Origin: an uncultured Holophagales bacterium
Lineage (GTDB): Bacteria > Acidobacteriota > Thermoanaerobaculia > Multivoradales > UBA5704
DNA: 64,000 nucleotides
Reading direction: 5' to 3'
Assembly: GCA_963842525.1 (NCBI GenBank)
Contig: CAWJGT010000025.1
Location: forward strand, 288,001 to 352,000
Position numbers and translations under genes: made by a program. Shown here piece after piece: positions 1 through 9,837 of this stretch (within the stretch, counting starts at the first letter, position 1; each line of letters opens with the position of its first letter). The notes under the pieces were generated by a model. The model did not search any database, was not told where the DNA came from, and was given only the letters and a program-made list of their open reading frames with translations.

Positions 1-37
1 GGCTCCGGGAGGGCGGGCACACCGAAAGGAATGATCT

Positions 38-268
38 ATGGCTCGAAGCTTTGAAGAGATCAGAACGGAGGCACTCGGTCTCGATCTCGACTCGCGGGCT
101 GCCCTCGCACACCTCCTCCTGAATAGCCTCGAAGATGTTTCGGAAGATGAAAGTGAGCGTCTCTGGCTGGACGAAGCGGAGAGACGGCAGACCGAAGTCC
201 GGGAAGGTCGCGTACAGCTCGTACCTGGCGATCAGGTGATGGAGCGGCTGGCCAAGGTCCTCGATTGA
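38..268 (+). CDS. Putative addiction module antitoxin component (TIGR02574-like)
   Basis: 76 aa acidic protein with 'RAALAHLLLNSL...WLDEAERR...G' pattern; overlaps downstream ParE-like toxin. Confidence 0.85.
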   Translation: MARSFEEIRTEALGLDLDSRAALAHLLLNSLEDVSEDESERLWLDEAERRQTEVREGRVQLVPGDQVMERLAKVLD

Positions 269-567
269 TCGGCTATTCATTCCATCCTCAAGCCGAAGAG
301 GAGGTTCTTGAGGTTGCCCGGTACTATGAGGCGCGATCTCCGGGGCTGGGAAAAGGCTTCCGGGCTGAGCTTGATTCGGTAATCCAGTTTTTGCGTCGCC
401 TCCCAGACGCGGCTCCAGCCGTTCGAGGCAACCTTCGGCGCAAATCTCTGAATCGCTTTCCTTATCTTCTGATCTATGCCGTTGAATCTGCCGAGATCCG
501 GATCTATGCCGTTTCGCATCGGCGCCGCCGTCCGGATTATTGGGTGAGCCGTCTACCACGCGGATAG
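265..567 (+). CDS. RelE/ParE family type II toxin
   Basis: FHPQAEEE...YYE...GLG..F and 'RFPYLLIY...IYAVSHRRRRPDYW' motifs; 4-nt overlap with antitoxin. Confidence 0.88.
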   Translation: MIGYSFHPQAEEEVLEVARYYEARSPGLGKGFRAELDSVIQFLRRLPDAAPAVRGNLRRKSLNRFPYLLIYAVESAEIRIYAVSHRRRRPDYWVSRLPRG

Positions 568-586
568 CAAGGGGGCCGCAGAGGAT

Positions 587-784
587 ATGACCCGAGTCGC
601 CGTCAACACCGGTGCCTCGCGCGGGACGCACTTCGCCGGCTCCACCCCGGGCGCCCCCGGCAAGGAGTGGTTCCTGCCGCCTGCTACGGTCGGAGAGGCC
701 GTCCGCTTCGCGCTACGGCTCCCCCCGGAGGCCCGGGTCGAGGAGATCGTCTTGCGGAGCGCGGGGCCGGCGCCGGGGCTCTGA
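587..784 (+). pseudogene. Internally deleted short-chain dehydrogenase (SDR) remnant
   Basis: N-terminus MTRVAVNTGASRG resembles SDR TGxxxG start; it joins directly to an SDR-like C-terminus (THF...VGEAVRFAL..P...VEEIVLR); no YxxxK; AGAGGA RBS present. Confidence 0.55.
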
Positions 785-797
785 GCAGTCCGCCGAC

Positions 798-1244
798 CTA
801 CGGCTCGGCGGGAATGTCCTCGATCTCGAGGAAAGGGAAGATCTGGAAGTCGCCGGGGTTGAAGGTGGCCAGACGCCGCACTCCCACGGACTCCAGCGTC
901 GCAGCCAGCGCGGTATCGAGGATCCTTTTTCGACCCAACCGGAGACTTTCGATCAGGTTCAGAGTACGGCGAAGCACCTCCGGCGTGGGCAGGATCTGGA
1001 CCACCTCTTCGGCATCCCACAGGGATCGTGCGAGTTGCAGGGCGTCCCGCATTTTCAGAGGAGCTTCGAACCGCCTCGGATCGGTGGTGATGTGGAGGAA
1101 TTCGTGCAGCACCTGCGGCGTGAGCCCCAGGAGCCCTCCACGATCCTGGACCTCGGCGGCAAAGATCCGGCGTGCCGTTTCATGCCGGGGTGCTCCCGTC
1201 ATCGCCCAGGCGACGAGCACGTCCGTGTCGATGCCCAGGATCAC
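798..1244 (-). CDS. PIN domain (VapC-like) toxin
   Basis: IDTDVLV, VLHEF, ILDTALAAT, LATFNPGDF acidic PIN motifs; GTG start overlaps antitoxin stop (GTGA). Confidence 0.88.
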   Translation of the reverse strand: MILGIDTDVLVAWAMTGAPRHETARRIFAAEVQDRGGLLGLTPQVLHEFLHITTDPRRFEAPLKMRDALQLARSLWDAEEVVQILPTPEVLRRTLNLIESLRLGRKRILDTALAATLESVGVRRLATFNPGDFQIFPFLEIEDIPAEP

Positions 1245-1471
1245 CGCTCGCGCATCTCGCCCAGCAGCTCGTCCCGGGTCCACGAGCGGAGCAGCTCGCC
1301 GCTCGCGTGCGGAGCCAGGTCGAAGACGGAGCCTTTGCGGCGCCCCCTCCGTTCGAGATACTCGGCCATCGCTTCCCGGATGAGCTCGGCGACGGGCTTG
1401 CCCGCGCGCTCCGCCATCCGCTTGAAGCTCCGGTACTCCTCGTCCTCGACGTGCAGCGAGATCGGCCTCAT
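1241..1471 (-). CDS. CopG/ribbon-helix-helix antitoxin
   Basis: MRPISLHV..EEY..FK..A...GKPVAELIREAM RHH pattern upstream of PIN gene. Confidence 0.85.
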   Translation of the reverse strand: MRPISLHVEDEEYRSFKRMAERAGKPVAELIREAMAEYLERRGRRKGSVFDLAPHASGELLRSWTRDELLGEMRER

Positions 1472-1477
1472 GGCACC

Positions 1478-1504
1478 ATCCTATATCGGAATCCTATATA
1501 GGAT
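1478..1504. promoter_or_regulatory. Probable autoregulatory operator of the RHH-PIN module
   Basis: ATCCTATAT repeated twice; second copy is part of perfect palindrome ATCCTATATAGGAT (1491-1504) just upstream of the antitoxin start. Confidence 0.55.
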
Positions 1505-1547
1505 CAACCGGCGGCGCCTGCACCGCATCAAATTCGCAAGACGTCCC

Positions 1548-1563
1548 TGGCAGAGGCCTTGCT
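1548..1563 (+). promoter_or_regulatory. Possible sigma54 (-24/-12) promoter of PBP1A gene
   Basis: TGGCAG-AGGCC-TTGCT matches TGGCAC-N5-TTGCW with one mismatch, 12 nt before the ATG. Confidence 0.35.
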
Positions 1564-1575
1564 TGACAAGCCGGC

Positions 1576-4500
1576 ATGGAGATGCAGGGCGTCCTCCGTC
1601 ATGTCCGGACCCGCTGGCGGGGGCTCTCCCGCCAGACGGCTTGGTTGACGATCGGGATCGCGCTCGTACTGGCCCTGCTCGTCCTGGAATTCTCCTGGGA
1701 ACGCTGCTTCTTCGACGGCTGCCCGGACGTTTCGACCCTGGCGGCGTACCAGCCGGGCGGGGCGCCCGTGATCCTCGACCGGCACGGCGAGGTCTTCGCC
1801 GACCTGACGCCGGTCGAGCAGAAGATCGTCCCTCTGGGCTCGCTGCCGTCCCATGTGGCGGAGGCCTTCCTCGCCGTGGAAGACCAGCGCTTTTACGCAC
1901 ACAACGGGGTCGACCTGCGGCGGGTCGGGGGAGCGTTGCTTGCAAACCTCCGGTCCGGCGGATTCGACCAGGGCTTCAGCACGATCTCCATGCAGCTTGC
2001 GCGCAACGTGTTCCCGGACCGCATCCCCGGGCAGGAGCAGAGCCTCGCGCGCAAGGCCCTGGAGGTCCGGGTGGCCCGGGAGATCGAGCACCGGTACTCG
2101 AAGCAGGAGATCCTCGAGCTCTATCTCAACCACATCTACTTCGGCAACCGGGCGCACGGCATCGAGGCCGCGGCCCAGCAATACTTCCGGATACCGGCCA
2201 CGCAGTTGAGCCTCACCCAGGCGGCGCTCCTGGCGGCGTTACCCAAGGCACCCAGCTATTACGACCCGCGCCGCCATCCCGAGCGGGCCCTCGAACGGCG
2301 CAATCTGGTCCTCAAGCTCCTGGAGGATCAGGGTCGGGTCCCTCACCTCCAGGCCCTCGAGGCGCAGCGCTCGCCGCTGGGCATGGCGCCGCCGCCGCGG
2401 CAGGAGAGGGTCGAGTCCGGCCTCGCCCCCTACTTCGTCGAGCAGGTCCGGCACGAGCTGGAGGAGCGCTTCGGCGCCGACCTCTACCGGCGGCCGCTGC
2501 GCATCCGGACGACTCTGGACTCGCGGGTGCAGCGCGCTGCCGAGGAGGAGCTCGCCCGGCAGCTCCGCCTCGTCGAGGACGGCGAGCTCGGGAGCTTCCA
2601 GGGCCCGCGCTACATGGCCGCCGATCAGCCTCCTCCCACCGGCACTCCCTATGTCCAGGGCGCGGTGGTGATGCTCGACGCCGTGCGCGGCGACGTGCTC
2701 GCCTGGGTCGGGGGCCGCAACTTCGCCCACTCGCAGTTCGACCGGGTGTCGCAGGCCCGGCGGCAGGCCGGCAGCGCGTTCAAGCCGTTCGTCTACGCCG
2801 CAGCGCTCCGCGACGGCTGGGTGCTCTCCCAGCCGCTCCTCGACCAGCCGCTGCGCGTGCGGCTGGCCAGCGGTCAGGTCTGGCGGCCCCGCAACTTCAC
2901 CAACGAATACGAGGGGCAGATCACCGTCCGCGATGCCCTGGTGCGCTCGAAGAACGTGCCGACCGTGCGCCTGGCGGACGCCATCGGCCTGCGGGAGGTG
3001 GCGGACACCGCCCGGGAGGCGGGGATCGACGAGCGCTTCTCCGTGGTCCCGGCCATGGCGCTCGGCACGGTCGCGGTATCGCCTCTGGAGCTGAGCGCGG
3101 CCTATACCGCCTTCGCCGGCCTCGGCGAGGGGGTCGAGCCCCGCTATCTCCTCGATATCCAGGACCTCGACGGCAAGGTGCTCTGGTCGTCGTCCTCTTC
3201 GCGCCGCAAGGTCCTCGATCCCGGCGTGGCCTTCCTGATCACCGACGTCCTGGCCGAGGCGTTGGAGCGGGGGACCGGCTACCGCGTCCGGCAGGCCGGC
3301 GTGCGGGTCCCCGCCGCGGGCAAGACCGGCACGACCAACGACGGCGCCGACGCCTGGTTCGTCGGTTATACGCCCGAGGTGGTCGCCGGCGTCTGGATCG
3401 GCTTCGACAAGCCGCGGCCCATTCTGGAGGACGCGACCGGAGGCCGTCTCGCGGCTCCGCTCTGGGCGCGTCTCGTCCAGCGGTTCCACGAACAGCGCCG
3501 ACCGCCACAGCCCTGGAAACGTCCGGCCGGCGTCGTGGTCCGGAAGGCGGACCCGGCGACCGGGCTGCGGCTGGAGGATGGCTGCGCGCCTCTCCGTGGC
3601 GAGGCGTACGACGAGCTCTTCCTCCAGGACTACGAGCCCAAGGCGTACTGCCCAGGCAAGGAGCCCGTGCCGCAGGACGGTTTCCCGACGATATGGCTCG
3701 CCAACAACCGCCGCCTCCGCGAGGAGGAGGAGCGCCGCCCCCTCGCACAGAAAGCGGAGCAGGCCGACGAGGCGCGCAAGCAGGCCGAACAGGAGCAGCT
3801 TACCCGTCAGGCCGCGGCCCGCCGCCAAGCCGAGCAGCAGGCCGCCCGCGAGACCGAGGAGCGGGAGCGGCTCGCCCAGGAGCGTCAGGCCCGCGACGAG
3901 GAGGCCCGCCACCTCGCCCAGCAGCGCGAAACCGCGCAGAAAAAAGCCGAGGAACGGCAAGTCGCCGCCGAGGCGCAGCGCAAAGAAGAGGAGAAGGCGG
4001 GGAGGTTGGCCCAGACACAGCGCCCGGAGGAGCTCCGGCGTGAGCGCGCAGAGCGGCAGGCGAAGGAGGTCCAGGAGACCCGGGCGGAGCAGGAGCGCCT
4101 GGCCCGCCTCCAGGACGGAGAGCGCCGCCTGGTCGAGAAGGAGCGCGAGCTGCGACGCCGCGAGGAGCGGCTGAGCAAGGAGCGAAAAGATCCGGAGTCG
4201 CGGCGGGCTGAGCCCAAGGCCGAAGAGCCGAAAGAAGAAACGAAACAGGATGAGGACGCAGAAGAGGACCGGGAAGAGGAGCCCCGGCACGGTCTCTCCG
4301 GCTGGTGGGAGATGACGAACCGGATCGACTCCACGAATTATGCCTCCTTCAAGGGGCTCCGGCTCGGCTATCGCGTCCAGCTCGAGCAGGACGGCAACCG
4401 GATCACCGGCCGCGGCCAGAAATGGGCCGAGGACGGCCGCACCCTGCCCGCCTCCGCCCGCACGCCCATCCGGGTTACGGGCTCCATCGACGGCGGCAAG

Positions 4501-4653
4501 ATCACCCTCCAGTTCACCGAACAGGGTGCTAAGAGGTCGACCAGCGGCGGCTTCACCTGGACCCTCTCGGCCGATCGAACCGAGCTGCGAGGCAGTTTCT
4601 GGAGCACCGCGGCCGGTACCAGCGGCAAATCGACGGCGGTGCGGATGCCGTAG
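1576..4653 (+). CDS. Class A penicillin-binding protein (PBP1A family) with charged coiled-coil and extra C-terminal domain
   Basis: TM anchor; transglycosylase motifs EDQRF, QGFSTISMQLARN, RKALE; transpeptidase SAFK, SKN, KTGT; long EQRA-rich tail and beta-rich terminal domain. Confidence 0.92.
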   Translation: MEMQGVLRHVRTRWRGLSRQTAWLTIGIALVLALLVLEFSWERCFFDGCPDVSTLAAYQPGGAPVILDRHGEVFADLTPVEQKIVPLGSLPSHVAEAFLAVEDQRFYAHNGVDLRRVGGALLANLRSGGFDQGFSTISMQLARNVFPDRIPGQEQSLARKALEVRVAREIEHRYSKQEILELYLNHIYFGNRAHGIEAAAQQYFRIPATQLSLTQAALLAALPKAPSYYDPRRHPERALERRNLVLKLLEDQGRVPHLQALEAQRSPLGMAPPPRQERVESGLAPYFVEQVRHELEERFGADLYRRPLRIRTTLDSRVQRAAEEELARQLRLVEDGELGSFQGPRYMAADQPPPTGTPYVQGAVVMLDAVRGDVLAWVGGRNFAHSQFDRVSQARRQAGSAFKPFVYAAALRDGWVLSQPLLDQPLRVRLASGQVWRPRNFTNEYEGQITVRDALVRSKNVPTVRLADAIGLREVADTAREAGIDERFSVVPAMALGTVAVSPLELSAAYTAFAGLGEGVEPRYLLDIQDLDGKVLWSSSSSRRKVLDPGVAFLITDVLAEALERGTGYRVRQAGVRVPAAGKTGTTNDGADAWFVGYTPEVVAGVWIGFDKPRPILEDATGGRLAAPLWARLVQRFHEQRRPPQPWKRPAGVVVRKADPATGLRLEDGCAPLRGEAYDELFLQDYEPKAYCPGKEPVPQDGFPTIWLANNRRLREEEERRPLAQKAEQADEARKQAEQEQLTRQAAARRQAEQQAARETEERERLAQERQARDEEARHLAQQRETAQKKAEERQVAAEAQRKEEEKAGRLAQTQRPEELRRERAERQAKEVQETRAEQERLARLQDGERRLVEKERELRRREERLSKERKDPESRRAEPKAEEPKEETKQDEDAEEDREEEPRHGLSGWWEMTNRIDSTNYASFKGLRLGYRVQLEQDGNRITGRGQKWAEDGRTLPASARTPIRVTGSIDGGKITLQFTEQGAKRSTSGGFTWTLSADRTELRGSFWSTAAGTSGKSTAVRMP

Positions 4654-4735
4654 GGCTGGGCACCGCTACAGAGAGACAGTACACTCTCTGGCGGGGGCCG
4701 GTGGGTTTAAAGTATGTGGCCAGTCATCCTGACTC

Positions 4736-5044
4736 ATGGACATCGAGACGATCAAGGCCAAGATCCGCGCCGACGAGTATGTCTATACTTCCCATGCCGA
4801 TCTGGAACGCAAGGCGGACGATTTGACGTTTACAGAGATCGAGACAGCGCTGCTTGGAGGCGAGATCCTGGAATCGTATCCCGACACTGGACGAGGCGAG
4901 AGTTGCCTCGTCGTAGGGTTCAGCGGCAACCGAGCCATCCACATTGTTTGCGGCTGGCGTGGGGTGAAAGCGGCGATCGTCACCGTCTATGTCCCGAAGC
5001 CTCCCCAATTCGTTGATCCCTGGACACGAGGAACTGAGTTATGA
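4736..5044 (+). CDS. DUF4258 domain protein (putative RelE-fold toxin)
   Basis: Y.YTSHA...R...EI..A...GEILESYPD..RG.SCLV.G...IHIV...IVTVY.P pattern. Confidence 0.82.
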   Translation: MDIETIKAKIRADEYVYTSHADLERKADDLTFTEIETALLGGEILESYPDTGRGESCLVVGFSGNRAIHIVCGWRGVKAAIVTVYVPKPPQFVDPWTRGTEL

Positions 5045-5289
5045 CGAAGGCGCGTTGCACCTACTGCGGGTCGGAGAGATCGGAGACGAGGAAGGTCGAT
5101 TACCTCTACAGCCATCAGGGGCAGTACCTCCTTGTTCCGAACACCCCGGTGGAAGTCTGCCTGGACTGCGGTATGTCGTTCTACGATGCGAAAGTCCTCA
5201 AGGAGATTGAGCGGCGTTTCTTCGCCATCCAGAACCATACAGAGCAACCCGAGGGCTACATCGAGATCCCGAAGGTCGCCTATCGTTGA
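5041..5289 (+). CDS. YgiT-type zinc-finger protein (MqsA-like Zn ribbon)
   Basis: CTYCG ... VPNTPVEVCLDCG; ATGA overlap with DUF4258 gene. Confidence 0.82.
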   Translation: MTKARCTYCGSERSETRKVDYLYSHQGQYLLVPNTPVEVCLDCGMSFYDAKVLKEIERRFFAIQNHTEQPEGYIEIPKVAYR

Positions 5290-5341
5290 GGCCTTCGCCC
5301 TCCTCTTATCGGCTCAGACGGGAGTGAGATAAGAGAGACAG

Positions 5342-6349
5342 TCAGGGCTGTGAGGTGATCTCCTTCGCCAGCTCCACCGCCGACAGCGGCGCGCTTCCTT
5401 CGGCGTTGTTGTTGATCGTGCAGAGGAAGGGCCGGCCGGCGGCGAGGGCGTCGCGGGCGAGCGCGGCGACGGCGTTGCGGGCGGCGGGGTCCGGAGCCGC
5501 CATCTTGTCGAAGGGGGCGTAGAGGCGGCCGGCGGCCTCGTAGGTCATGTTCGGCGCGAGGAGCCAGCGGATGATCGTCAGCGGCGTGCCCGGACGGTCG
5601 GTGCCGGCGCGCTTGGCCTGCACCCGGATCTCCGGCATCCGCGGGTGGACGTTGTGGCAGTGGCAGGCTCCCACCGCCGCCAGGGCGTCCGCATAGGCCG
5701 GGGTCAGGATCTCGCGGTTGCGCAGCTCCACGGCATAGACCGGACCCTTCGGCAGGGCGCCGAGGAAGGCCTGGAGCTCGTCCGCGAACTTCTCGGGGAC
5801 GCCGAGGTCCTGCGGCGCGATCTGGAAGAGGAGCGCGCCACCCTTCGCCCCCAATCCCTCGACGTAGGGCGCCACGACCTGCTCGGTCGTATAGACCGGA
5901 TCGAAGAAGAGCGGATTCACCTGGCCCCGGTGCTCGCCGTAGCGCGGCCGGTCCGGATAGCGCGCGATCGTGCAGGCCTCGTGCGCCTTGACCAGGAACA
6001 GGAAGCCCTCGGGCACCGCCTCCGCGTACTCGGCGAGGTCGTCCGCCGTGACAGGCGCGTAGTGGGTGCGATCGACCCCCACGCCCCGGAAAAGCGGATG
6101 TTTCGCATAGGCCGCGAGCCCTTCGTGCGCCAGCCGTGATTCGCTGTAGCGCTGGTCGTAGACCAGCCCCGCCCAGCCGGGGAACGACCAGGTCGATCCT
6201 CCCAGATGGATGCTCCGCGGCAACCGCCTCCCCAGGTCCCAGACCTCGCCGGACACCGGCGCCGGCTCCACGGCCGCCGGCTCCAGGTCTTCGGGAGTCA
6301 TCCCTGGGAAGAGCACGAGCTGGTCCTTGGATCCTTTCCGCCGCGCCAT
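5342..6349 (-). CDS. DUF72 family protein
   Basis: G.STWSFPGW.GLVY, D.THYAP, FLVKA, LLFQ, YAVELRN, NNAEGSAP motifs. Confidence 0.88.
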   Translation of the reverse strand: MARRKGSKDQLVLFPGMTPEDLEPAAVEPAPVSGEVWDLGRRLPRSIHLGGSTWSFPGWAGLVYDQRYSESRLAHEGLAAYAKHPLFRGVGVDRTHYAPVTADDLAEYAEAVPEGFLFLVKAHEACTIARYPDRPRYGEHRGQVNPLFFDPVYTTEQVVAPYVEGLGAKGGALLFQIAPQDLGVPEKFADELQAFLGALPKGPVYAVELRNREILTPAYADALAAVGACHCHNVHPRMPEIRVQAKRAGTDRPGTPLTIIRWLLAPNMTYEAAGRLYAPFDKMAAPDPAARNAVAALARDALAAGRPFLCTINNNAEGSAPLSAVELAKEITSQP

Positions 6350-6636
6350 GGCACAAGTCTATTCCCGGAACAGGGATGCGCGCTACACCTCCAGCCGGAA
6401 AAAATGCCGCCCGCGGGCCACAGCCATCCCACCTCAGCCGCTTGGATGCGATTCAAGGAACCGCATCGTCTCCGTGCCGGCGCGGAATTCAGTTTTCCGG
6501 ACGCCCCTGAAGAGGTCTCTCGGGAGCCGGCGGCAGGACGTTTCAAATTTCCGGAGCTGCACGCACGAACAATTGAACGATTTCGATCCATTCTCCTGGA
6601 TCGACCGTTCACCCTGCGGAGTTGGCATAAGGATCA

Positions 6637-6649
6637 CAAGTCATTGATT
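6637..6649 (-). promoter_or_regulatory. IHF binding site
   Basis: Reverse strand AATCAATGACTTG matches WATCAANNNNTTR exactly; lies about 30 bp upstream of the sigma54 motif. Confidence 0.6.
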
Positions 6650-6679
6650 TTCTTGGGTCAACTATGGTTTCCCGACCCA

Positions 6680-6694
6680 TGGCACATCGCTTGC
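6680..6694 (+). promoter_or_regulatory. Sigma54 (-24/-12) promoter of TonB-dependent receptor
   Basis: TGGCAC-ATCGC-TTGC, exact TGGCAC-N5-TTGC consensus; AAGGAG RBS before ATG at 6769. Confidence 0.7.
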
Positions 6695-6768
6695 GCTGAC
6701 CGGGCACATGGTTTGTTGCATGTTTTTGATTTGCAAGAGAGGGCGTAACGCGTAAGGAGACACATCCG

Positions 6769-9715
6769 ATGAGTAGAAACAGGTTGTGGCAGATCGTCCT
6801 CGCGCTCGCCTTGCTCCTTGGTTCTCTTGGAGGACCGGCGACGGCTCAACTGCAGACAGGAACCCTTTTTGGGACCGTTTCAGGACCGGATGGCGCGCCC
6901 ATTCCCGCGGTCAGAGTGACCCTCTCCGGCAGTGGAGCGCCTCAGGCCCAGGTGGCCGATGACCGCGGGAAGTTCCGGTTCCCGGGGCTTCCTCCCGGCA
7001 GCTACACAGTGGAGGCGCAGCCCGATGGTTTCACCCCGGTAAGATATCCGAACGTGATCGTCAGCGTAGGGCGCAACACTGAGATCGAGCTCACCCTCAC
7101 GCCGACACCGAACTTCACCGAAGTCGTGACGATCACGACCGAGCCTCCTCTGCTCGACACGCGCCGGATCTCGACGGGCAACGCCGTGTCCCAGACGGAG
7201 CTCGAGAAGATTCCCACCACTCGCGACCCGTGGGCCATCCTGCAGTCGACCCCGGGCGTGCTGGTCGACCGCGTCAACGTCGGCGGCAATGAGAGCGGTC
7301 AGCAGTCGCAGTACGTGGGGCCCGGCTCGAGCGGCGCCCAGGCCGTCTGGTCTCTCGACGGCGTGGTGATCACCGACATGTCGGCGACCGGCTCCTCGCC
7401 CGGCTATTTCGATTTCGACGCCTTCGAGGAGATGCAGGTGACGACGGGCGGCAGCGACGCCACGATCGCCACCGGCGGCGTCGTGCTCAACATGGTCACC
7501 CGGCGGGGCACCAACGAGTGGCGGGGCTCGGGCCGCTACTACGTCTCTGACCAGGACCTGCAGTCGGATCTCGAATTCGACGAGAATCGAGCTCGGCCAG
7601 GCCGGGCCCTGGAACCGCGGCACCGCGCAGACCGAGTTCAAGCAGGGCAACCGGATCGTCGAGGTCCGGGACTATGGCGTCGAGGCCGGTGGTCCGATTG
7701 TCCGCGACCGGCTCTGGTTCTGGGGCTCCTATGCCAAGCCGGAGATCGACCTCCTGACCATCAACGATTTCAGCGACAAGACCACTCTCGAAAGCTGGAA
7801 CGGCAAGATCACCGCGCAGATCTCATCGCACAACTCGGCCACTTTGTTCGCCTGGGACAGCGACAAGGTGAAGATCGGCCGTGATGCCGGTCCCCTGCGG
7901 CCGCAGGAGACCACCTTCAACCAGTCGGCTTTCGGCGACAAGCCGACCGCCTACAAGGTGGAGGACACCCATCTCTTCGGGTCGAGCTTCTACCTGTCAG
8001 GCATGTACTCGGTCGTCAACGGAGGATTCCAGCTCGAGCCGCAGGGCGGAGACAAGGTCCCCTATCTGGACTCGAATTTCAAGTGGAACAACAGCTTCTT
8101 CCTCTTCCAGATCGAGCGGCCGCAGGAGCAGCTCAAGGCGGACGCCGCCAGCTTCTTCAACACCGGCGGCTTGAGCCACGAGCTGAAGTACGGCGCCGGC
8201 TACCGGGTGGTGGAGCAGAGCTCGCTGGCCCACACCCCGGGAGGCGGCTGGGAGTTTGACGGCATCCTGCTGCTCGCCCGCGACGGCGTCACCAATTTCG
8301 AGGTCGACTATACCGACCTTTACATCCAGGACACGGTGGCGGCCGGCTCGTTCACGGCCAACATCGGTCTGCGCTATGACATCCAGGGCGGCCAGATCCG
8401 CGACACGGTCGTGGGCGCCAACCAGGCCTTCCCCGAGCTCCTGCCGGAGGCCCGTTTCGAGGGCCGCGACGCCGGCTTCGAGTGGAAGACCCTGGCGCCC
8501 CGGCTGGGCCTGACCTATGCCCTGGGCGAGCAGAAGAACACCCTCCTGCGCGCCAGCTATTCGCGCTTCGCGGACCAGCTCGCCTCCGGCTTCATCGGCT
8601 TCCTCAACCCCCTCGCCGGTCAGCAGTACCGGTATTTCCTCACCTCCAACAACGGCGGTCCGACTCTCGAGCCCGGCGAGCTGGGCCCCGAGATCGCGTC
8701 GCCGAGCGGGAACATCCACCCGGTCACGCTGCAGGCGCTGCAGTCGAACGCAATCGACTCCGACCTCCGCGCGCCCGTCACCGACGAGCTGCTGATCGGC
8801 GTCGAGCATGCGCTGCGTCCGGAGCTCGTGGTCGGCTTCAACGTCAACTACCGCCGGTACCACGACCTGCTGGAAGCCGAGCTGTTGGTCTTCGATGACG
8901 ACGATCCGTACTCTGCCGAAAACCTGAATCGTGTCGGCCGTGCGCACCGGCACGACGACTACGTCGCCGCCGAGACCCCTCTGACGGGCGTGCTGCCCAA
9001 CGGCGAGACCTACTCCATCCCGTACTACGAGCTGCGGCCGGGGCTCTCCACGCGCAACGGCTTCCTGCTGGAGAACGGAGACCGCGAGCAGGAGTTCAAA
9101 GGCGCGTCGTTCACCTTCACCAAGCGCCTCTCCAACCGCTGGATGATGCGCGGCAACCTCTCCTGGCAGGACTGGACGTGGGACATCCCCGACAGCGAGA
9201 ACGAGGACCCGACCGACACCATCGGCGGCGGCATCGTCGACGGTACCGAGGTCATGCAGGGCTCCGGCGTGGTCTCCGGCTCCAAGGGGAACGTGTTCAT
9301 CAACAGCGGGTGGTCGTACAACCTGAACGGTCTGTACCAGATCGCTCCCAGCCGGCCCTGGGGTTTCAACGTCGCCGCCAACCTGACCGGCCGTGAGGGT
9401 TATCCCCTTCGCTATGCCCGCCGCACCTCGCGGGAGACGCTCGCCGACACGCCGGGAATCGGCATCGACATCCCGGCCGCGACCGATCCGGACGCCTTCC
9501 GGTATGAGGACACCCACATCCTCGACTTCCGGGTGGAGAAGGAGCTCCACTTCAGCGACTTCGGGCTCACCGTGGGCGCCGACGTCTTCAACGTCTTCAA
9601 CCAGTCCTACGTGTTGCAGCGGCAGGGCCTCCTGAACGGGGGCAACTCGGACCACGTGCTGGAGATCCTCAACCCGCGCATCGTCCGCCTCGGAGCCCGG
9701 TTCAGCTTCCGCTGA
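6769..9715 (+). CDS. Oar-type TonB-dependent receptor with carboxypeptidase-regulatory-like N-domain (apparent +1 frameshift near 7588)
   Basis: Signal peptide, G.V..PDG.PIP...VTL domain, plug (RDPWAILQSTPGV), barrel ending in GARFSFR; ORFs 6769-7884 and 7844-9715 join if one base is removed near 7588 (continuation ELGQAGPW...GGPIVRDRLWFWGSY). Confidence 0.88.
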
Positions 9716-9751
9716 GCCGGCGCTGATCCCGCCTACGACCCTCCACCCAAG

Positions 9752-9776
9752 CCGCCGGGGGCCCAACCCCCGGCGG
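9752..9776 (+). terminator. Putative terminator hairpin
   Basis: CCGCCGGGGG-CCCAA-CCCCCGGCGG 10-bp stem just after receptor stop, followed by a pyrimidine-rich tract. Confidence 0.45.
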
Positions 9777-9837
9777 TCCCTTCCGGTTCTTTCCGCACGG
9801 GCTGGACCGCCCGGAAGTCTTCCTTTAGATTGAGGCC

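Noticed and set aside
612-4043. 1143-aa plus-strand ORF
   Set aside because: Arg/Gly/Pro-rich alternate frame overlapping the TA genes and PBP1A
7580-7600. Programmed frameshift or phase variation in the TonB-dependent receptor
   Set aside because: No slippery heptamer or homopolymer tract; same insertion pattern occurs in other genes
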